Of a stretch of DNA of 64,000 bases, positions 59,985-64,000 are shown piece by piece (the stretch's first letter is position 1; every line of letters begins with the position of its first letter). A program made the position numbers and the translations under genes. The notes under the pieces were generated by a model. The model was not told the DNA's origin. It saw only the letters and a list, made by a program, of their open reading frames with translations, and searched no databases. The stretch is taken from NCBI GenBank assembly GCA_050011915.1, contig JBEKIE010000001.1, positions 7,675 to 71,674 of the forward strand. Direction: 5' to 3'. The DNA comes from Terracidiphilus sp. GTDB taxonomy: Bacteria; Acidobacteriota; Terriglobia; Terriglobales; Acidobacteriaceae.

Positions 59985-61463
59985 TTATGCGCCGGCGCCG
60001 GCTGCTGCGGGCGGTTGCGCCTGCTGCTTGCGCGATTCCTTTACCTGTCGATTGCGTTGCGCGCGCAGCTTCAGGAACGACTTGGCCTCAACATAGAGCC
60101 GTGGCAGGTCGCGATTGACCATGGCCTTCCACACCACGCGGAACGCCGCTTTGGGACGGAAGTAGTACTCATCGTAGAAGCGGTGCACCATCTCCATCAC
60201 GTAGTCGGTGGGCAGGCCGGGATACTCGATGTGCGCCATCTGATGACCGCCGTCGTCTTGCATGTCCTTATTGGTGATGAAGCCGTTCTTCGCGGCGTAC
60301 TCGTAGAACTCGGTTCCGGGATACGCGTGCGCGATCGATACCTGGATGGTCTCGCAATCCAGCGACTTGGCAAAGTTGATGGTGTTGCGGATCGACTGCC
60401 TGGTCTCGCCGGGCAATCCCAGAATGAAGTCGGCGTGAACGGTGAGGCCAAGCGCGTGGCAATCGCGTGCGAAGTCGCGCGCCCGTTCCACGGTTGCGCC
60501 CTTCTTGATGTTCTTGAGAATCTGCGGATCGCCCGACTCGAAGCCGACGATCAACAGCCGGCATCCGGCCTCGCGCATGGCCTTCAGCGTGTCGTAATCC
60601 GTGGTCACACGCGACGTGCAGCTCCAGGTAATGCCCAGCGGCTTCAGCTTCTCGCAGAGCTCGATGGTCCGCACCTTCTGGATATTGAACGTGTCGTCGT
60701 CGAAGAAGAATTCCTTCACTTCGGGGAAGTTCTCCTTGGCCCACTTCATCTCCGCCGCTACATCGTCCGTCGACCGCTTGCGCCACGCGTGGCCTGAGAG
60801 CGTTTGCGGCCACAGGCAGAACGTGCATTGCGCCGGGCAGCCGCGTGTGGAGTAGAGCGCGATGTAAGGATGCAGCAGAAAGGGCACGTTGTATCGCGTT
60901 ACGTCCATGTCGCGCTTGTAGATTTTTGTGGCCCACGGCATGGCATCCAGGTCTTCCACCTGCGGGCGGTCGGGGTTGTGCACCACCTTGCCGTCCTTCT
61001 TGTAGCTGATGCCGAGGATTTCATTGAGCGGTTTGCCGTTGGCGTATTCCACCACCGAATAATCGAACTCGCGCCGGCAAATGAAGTCGAGCACGGAGCA
61101 CTCGTTCAGCGCGCGGTCGGGATCGGTGGTCACCGGAGGCCCAACAAACGCGATGCGGATCGATGGATTCGCCGACTTGATGGCTTCGGCCAGCCGCTGG
61201 TCGCCCTCCCATCCCACGGTCGAGGTGAAGAGCACAAGGAACCCGTAGTCCTTGCAGATCTTGATAGTCTCCTCGGCTGAGACGTGGTGGGGCGGCGCGT
61301 CGAGGACCCGTGAACCCTCAAGCAGGCCGGCAGGATAGGTGAGCCAGACAGGGTACCAGTAGGATTCGATCTCGCGAGTCGCCGGCCACCGAGAGCTGGC
61401 GCCACCGTCGAAGTTCTTAAAGGATGGAGGGTTGAGGAAGATTGTTTTCAATGGTGTGGGCAT
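59985..61463 (-). CDS. hpnJ: Hopanoid biosynthesis radical SAM protein
   Basis: FDGGASSRW, YWYPVWL, RGCPAQCTFC (CxxxCxxC), FFFDDDTF. Confidence 0.95.
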   Translation of the reverse strand: MPTPLKTIFLNPPSFKNFDGGASSRWPATREIESYWYPVWLTYPAGLLEGSRVLDAPPHHVSAEETIKICKDYGFLVLFTSTVGWEGDQRLAEAIKSANPSIRIAFVGPPVTTDPDRALNECSVLDFICRREFDYSVVEYANGKPLNEILGISYKKDGKVVHNPDRPQVEDLDAMPWATKIYKRDMDVTRYNVPFLLHPYIALYSTRGCPAQCTFCLWPQTLSGHAWRKRSTDDVAAEMKWAKENFPEVKEFFFDDDTFNIQKVRTIELCEKLKPLGITWSCTSRVTTDYDTLKAMREAGCRLLIVGFESGDPQILKNIKKGATVERARDFARDCHALGLTVHADFILGLPGETRQSIRNTINFAKSLDCETIQVSIAHAYPGTEFYEYAAKNGFITNKDMQDDGGHQMAHIEYPGLPTDYVMEMVHRFYDEYYFRPKAAFRVVWKAMVNRDLPRLYVEAKSFLKLRAQRNRQVKESRKQQAQPPAAAGAGA

Positions 61464-61602
61464 CAAACCAATTCTACCATTCGCGCTGATCAATTTGACG
61501 CATTCGCAGCCCGCGCGGCGGCAATCTTGGCAACGCCACCAAGGCCTACTGCGAACCATAACTCCAGCAGAATCAACGAAGGTTTTCCGAGCGGAGGTTC
61601 TC

Positions 61603-61634
61603 TTGCTCCCTTGCTCCCTCGCTCCCTTGTTCCC
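61603..61634. repeat. Tandem octamer array (TTGCTCCC x4, imperfect)
   Basis: TTGCTCCC TTGCTCCC TCGCTCCC TTGTTCCC. Confidence 0.75.
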
Positions 61635-61658
61635 TTACTTGATTCCGCCTCTGCCACG

Positions 61659-63020
61659 CTACGGCTTTTGACGCAATTCATCGAGCCAGTCCTGCATGTG
61701 GCCCAGAGCCCGCAGAAGGTTCAGCCTCGCCTTGGTCAGGTCCAGCCCCGCGTCGAGCGCATCCTGGTACTTCTGCCGCTCGTCGATGCGCGCTTGCTGC
61801 TCGGCTGTGGGTGAGAGTTGCGGCTGCGCGCCGGGCCCGTTGCCGGCGCCGTTACCCAGCTCCAGTTGCGCTTCCACGCTCTTCAGTTGCTCGCCGGCAA
61901 TCTGCTGCTTCAGGCTGGCAATCTCTGCTTGCGCATCCAGTTCGCGCAGGCTCGCGCTCAATTGCACAATCTGCACATCGTTTTGCTGTTGTGCCTGCTC
62001 CGCCTCAACTCGGGCGCGCAGTGCCTCGGCAGTCGATTCGCGCAATTTGGCGTGAAGGCCGGGATCGAAAATCGGAACCTTGATGGAGAAGCCCGTACTG
62101 AAGTTGTCGGCCGGGAGGGTGCCCTTAAAGTAATTGGAGACGTTATTTAGCAGCGTCGTATTGCGGTTGTAAAGAAGGCCAAAGCCGATTTCGGGCAACA
62201 GCCACAGGTGTTCCTTATCGCCTTGGGTCTGGCGTTGCCTTGAGAGCGCCAGTTGCTGCGCCGACTCAACCCCGGGCGTCAGCGCCGGCGTCCGATCGCC
62301 CGTGACCGCAGGAATCTCGGGAATGCTCGTGTGGTCGGGAGAAATCGAGCCCACGGGCAATCCGGTGAGCGTGGCCAGTTGCTTCGACAGGGTTGCGACG
62401 CGAGTCTCCAGATGCAGCCGGCTCAGCTTGAGTTGCGCTGCCGTCAGTTGCGCCTGAAGGAGAGTGTTGAGCGGATCGACGCCGGCCTCGGCGCGTTGCT
62501 GTTCGATCTCGACCAGGCGTGCCGCATCCTGCTCCTGGACCTGCGCGGCTTCGAGTTCCCGGTTCACCGTGTCCAGCTCGATGTAGGCGGTCGAAGCATC
62601 GAGAGCCGCCTGTTCTTGCGCATCCTTTAATCCAAGTTGCGCCGCCTGCACGCCGGCACGTGCCGCATGAATGTACTGGATTTGCGGCATGCTGAAGACC
62701 AGCGACTGGGCGCTGCTGTCCCAAATGGTCGGCAGCGAGCCCGTAAAGCCGACCTCAGGAAAGGCCGGCAGGCCTGAACCAAATGCAAGCGAAGGAATAA
62801 AGGCGTCGCGGGTTTGCGCCAGTTCTGCGGTTGCTTTCTGCACGTCGGCCTGCGCCAGGTGCACCGTAACACTGTTCTTCTGGGCGAGCTCCACCACCGT
62901 GGTCAGCGACACCTGTGCCGGCGCCGCGGCCGCAGCGGCGGCAAGAACCGCGCCGGCCAGCGCCGGTAGCCATGCGGTGCGCGAATTGTGTGCGGCTCTC
63001 ATATTCAGTGCGGACATCAA
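61659..63020 (-). CDS. TolC family outer membrane protein
   Basis: Signal peptide, A/Q/L-rich coiled coils, PSL and PEI turns, KVPIFD.G. Confidence 0.88.
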   Translation of the reverse strand: MMSALNMRAAHNSRTAWLPALAGAVLAAAAAAAPAQVSLTTVVELAQKNSVTVHLAQADVQKATAELAQTRDAFIPSLAFGSGLPAFPEVGFTGSLPTIWDSSAQSLVFSMPQIQYIHAARAGVQAAQLGLKDAQEQAALDASTAYIELDTVNRELEAAQVQEQDAARLVEIEQQRAEAGVDPLNTLLQAQLTAAQLKLSRLHLETRVATLSKQLATLTGLPVGSISPDHTSIPEIPAVTGDRTPALTPGVESAQQLALSRQRQTQGDKEHLWLLPEIGFGLLYNRNTTLLNNVSNYFKGTLPADNFSTGFSIKVPIFDPGLHAKLRESTAEALRARVEAEQAQQQNDVQIVQLSASLRELDAQAEIASLKQQIAGEQLKSVEAQLELGNGAGNGPGAQPQLSPTAEQQARIDERQKYQDALDAGLDLTKARLNLLRALGHMQDWLDELRQKP

Positions 63021-64000
63021 TGTTTTGCGTCCTGCGCCGGATTATATTCGCGCGCCATCGAGGCCGCCGCCGCAAGCTCCTGCTGTGCTCCGGCGGCATC
63101 GCCCAGCTCCTGCTTCAACCGTCCAAGCCGAATATGTGCGATGAATGCGGGAGCCTCTTCGCTTTTTGACGAGCCCGCTAGATAATCTTCCAGCATCGTC
63201 GCGGCCAGTTGCGGATTGCGGTTGGCCGCGATCAGCACGCCGGCCCCATCGTATAGTCCGACGCCCGGGTGCTTGTCGCGCGCCGCGGCGCTCATGCAGT
63301 TGTTGATTGCCGCATCCAGATCGGACCAGCGCTGGCGGCCACGATAGAAATTCGCCAAAACCGTCCACTTATCAGCCGGATGAGGACTCGTCGTCGCCGC
63401 CAGTTTGTATTGGTTTTCTGCGGTGGTGTAATCCTTCGCCGCCATCGCGATGTCGCCTCGCAATTGCGCTGCTCTGCCTGCGTCCACCTTGTCGAGCTGC
63501 AAGGCAATCTGTTGCGCTTTGCTCGTCCCGCCGCCCGCAATGCTCGGCGCCTGCGCATAGTAGTCGCCCAGGTCAGAGAGCGCCGGCCCGTTCTGCGGAT
63601 CCAATTGCACCGCGGTTTGCATCGCCGCAAGAGATTTTTTGGCATCGCCGTAGGCCGAGAGAAAGGAGGCGTGACTGGCTTGCTGCCCTAACGCCCGCCC
63701 CAACCACATGAAATAGTCGGAGTTCTTGCTGTTCAGATTGACCGCCTGCTGGCACTCGCCCACTGCGTGGCTCCACTGTTGCAACTCGAACCGCACGCGG
63801 CACAGTAGATTCTGGGCCTCGTCGGCTCCGGCGCCGGTTGCAGGCAACGGCGTAAGCAGGGCCAGTGCTTGATCGGCCTGCCCATTTTGCAAATAAGTGT
63901 TTGCCTGTGTCAGCGTGGCTGCGGGAATTTGCGCCCATGCCGAGCCGGTTGTGGCGAACGCCAGGCACGCCGCAAGCAACCTAACCGCTTGAGCAAAGCC
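63017..64000 (-). CDS. Exported TPR-repeat protein (possibly 5'-partial)
   Basis: TPR motifs (AVNLNSKNSDYFMWLGRA, AVQLDPQN). Frame stays open to the window end. Confidence 0.85.
   Translation of the reverse strand, partial: GFAQAVRLLAACLAFATTGSAWAQIPAATLTQANTYLQNGQADQALALLTPLPATGAGADEAQNLLCRVRFELQQWSHAVGECQQAVNLNSKNSDYFMWLGRALGQQASHASFLSAYGDAKKSLAAMQTAVQLDPQNGPALSDLGDYYAQAPSIAGGGTSKAQQIALQLDKVDAGRAAQLRGDIAMAAKDYTTAENQYKLAATTSPHPADKWTVLANFYRGRQRWSDLDAAINNCMSAAARDKHPGVGLYDGAGVLIAANRNPQLAATMLEDYLAGSSKSEEAPAFIAHIRLGRLKQELGDAAGAQQELAAAASMAREYNPAQDAKH

Overview
GC-rich chromosomal window, most consistent with a subdivision-1 Acidobacteriota genome (Terracidiphilus/Occallatibacter-like). The assignment is an inference from the Oar-type TonB receptor, ChdC, BshA, the hopanoid genes and the REP motifs. 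Most of it is core metabolism: rph, class I fumarase, cimA-like synthase, fba, mutS-nagZ-anmK, ccsA-hemA-hemC-hemD, nth, chdC, ino1, purU, a TetR-HlyD-ABC exporter, bshA, and a hopanoid cluster (hpnK, hpnE, hpnJ) around tRNA-Val(TAC). Single-gene accessory islets and two toxin-antitoxin pairs are interspersed. No CRISPR array, transposase, integrase or prophage is visible. The best leads are: (1) an atypical three-gene signalling module with a sensorless His kinase, a sigma-54 activator whose phosphoacceptor Asp is Asn, and a receiver/His-less DHp protein, preceded by a candidate sigma-54 promoter and paired enhancer-like sites; (2) a stand-alone class-III-nucleotidyl-cyclase-like gene directly after tRNA-Val; (3) an AT-richer SPFH fusion gene followed by a nested multi-stem candidate ncRNA; (4) a multi-hairpin leader at 25.3-25.5 kb; (5) a heptamer/octamer repeat family that forms inverted intergenic arrays. 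All protein calls come from motif recognition by eye, and start codons are best estimates.
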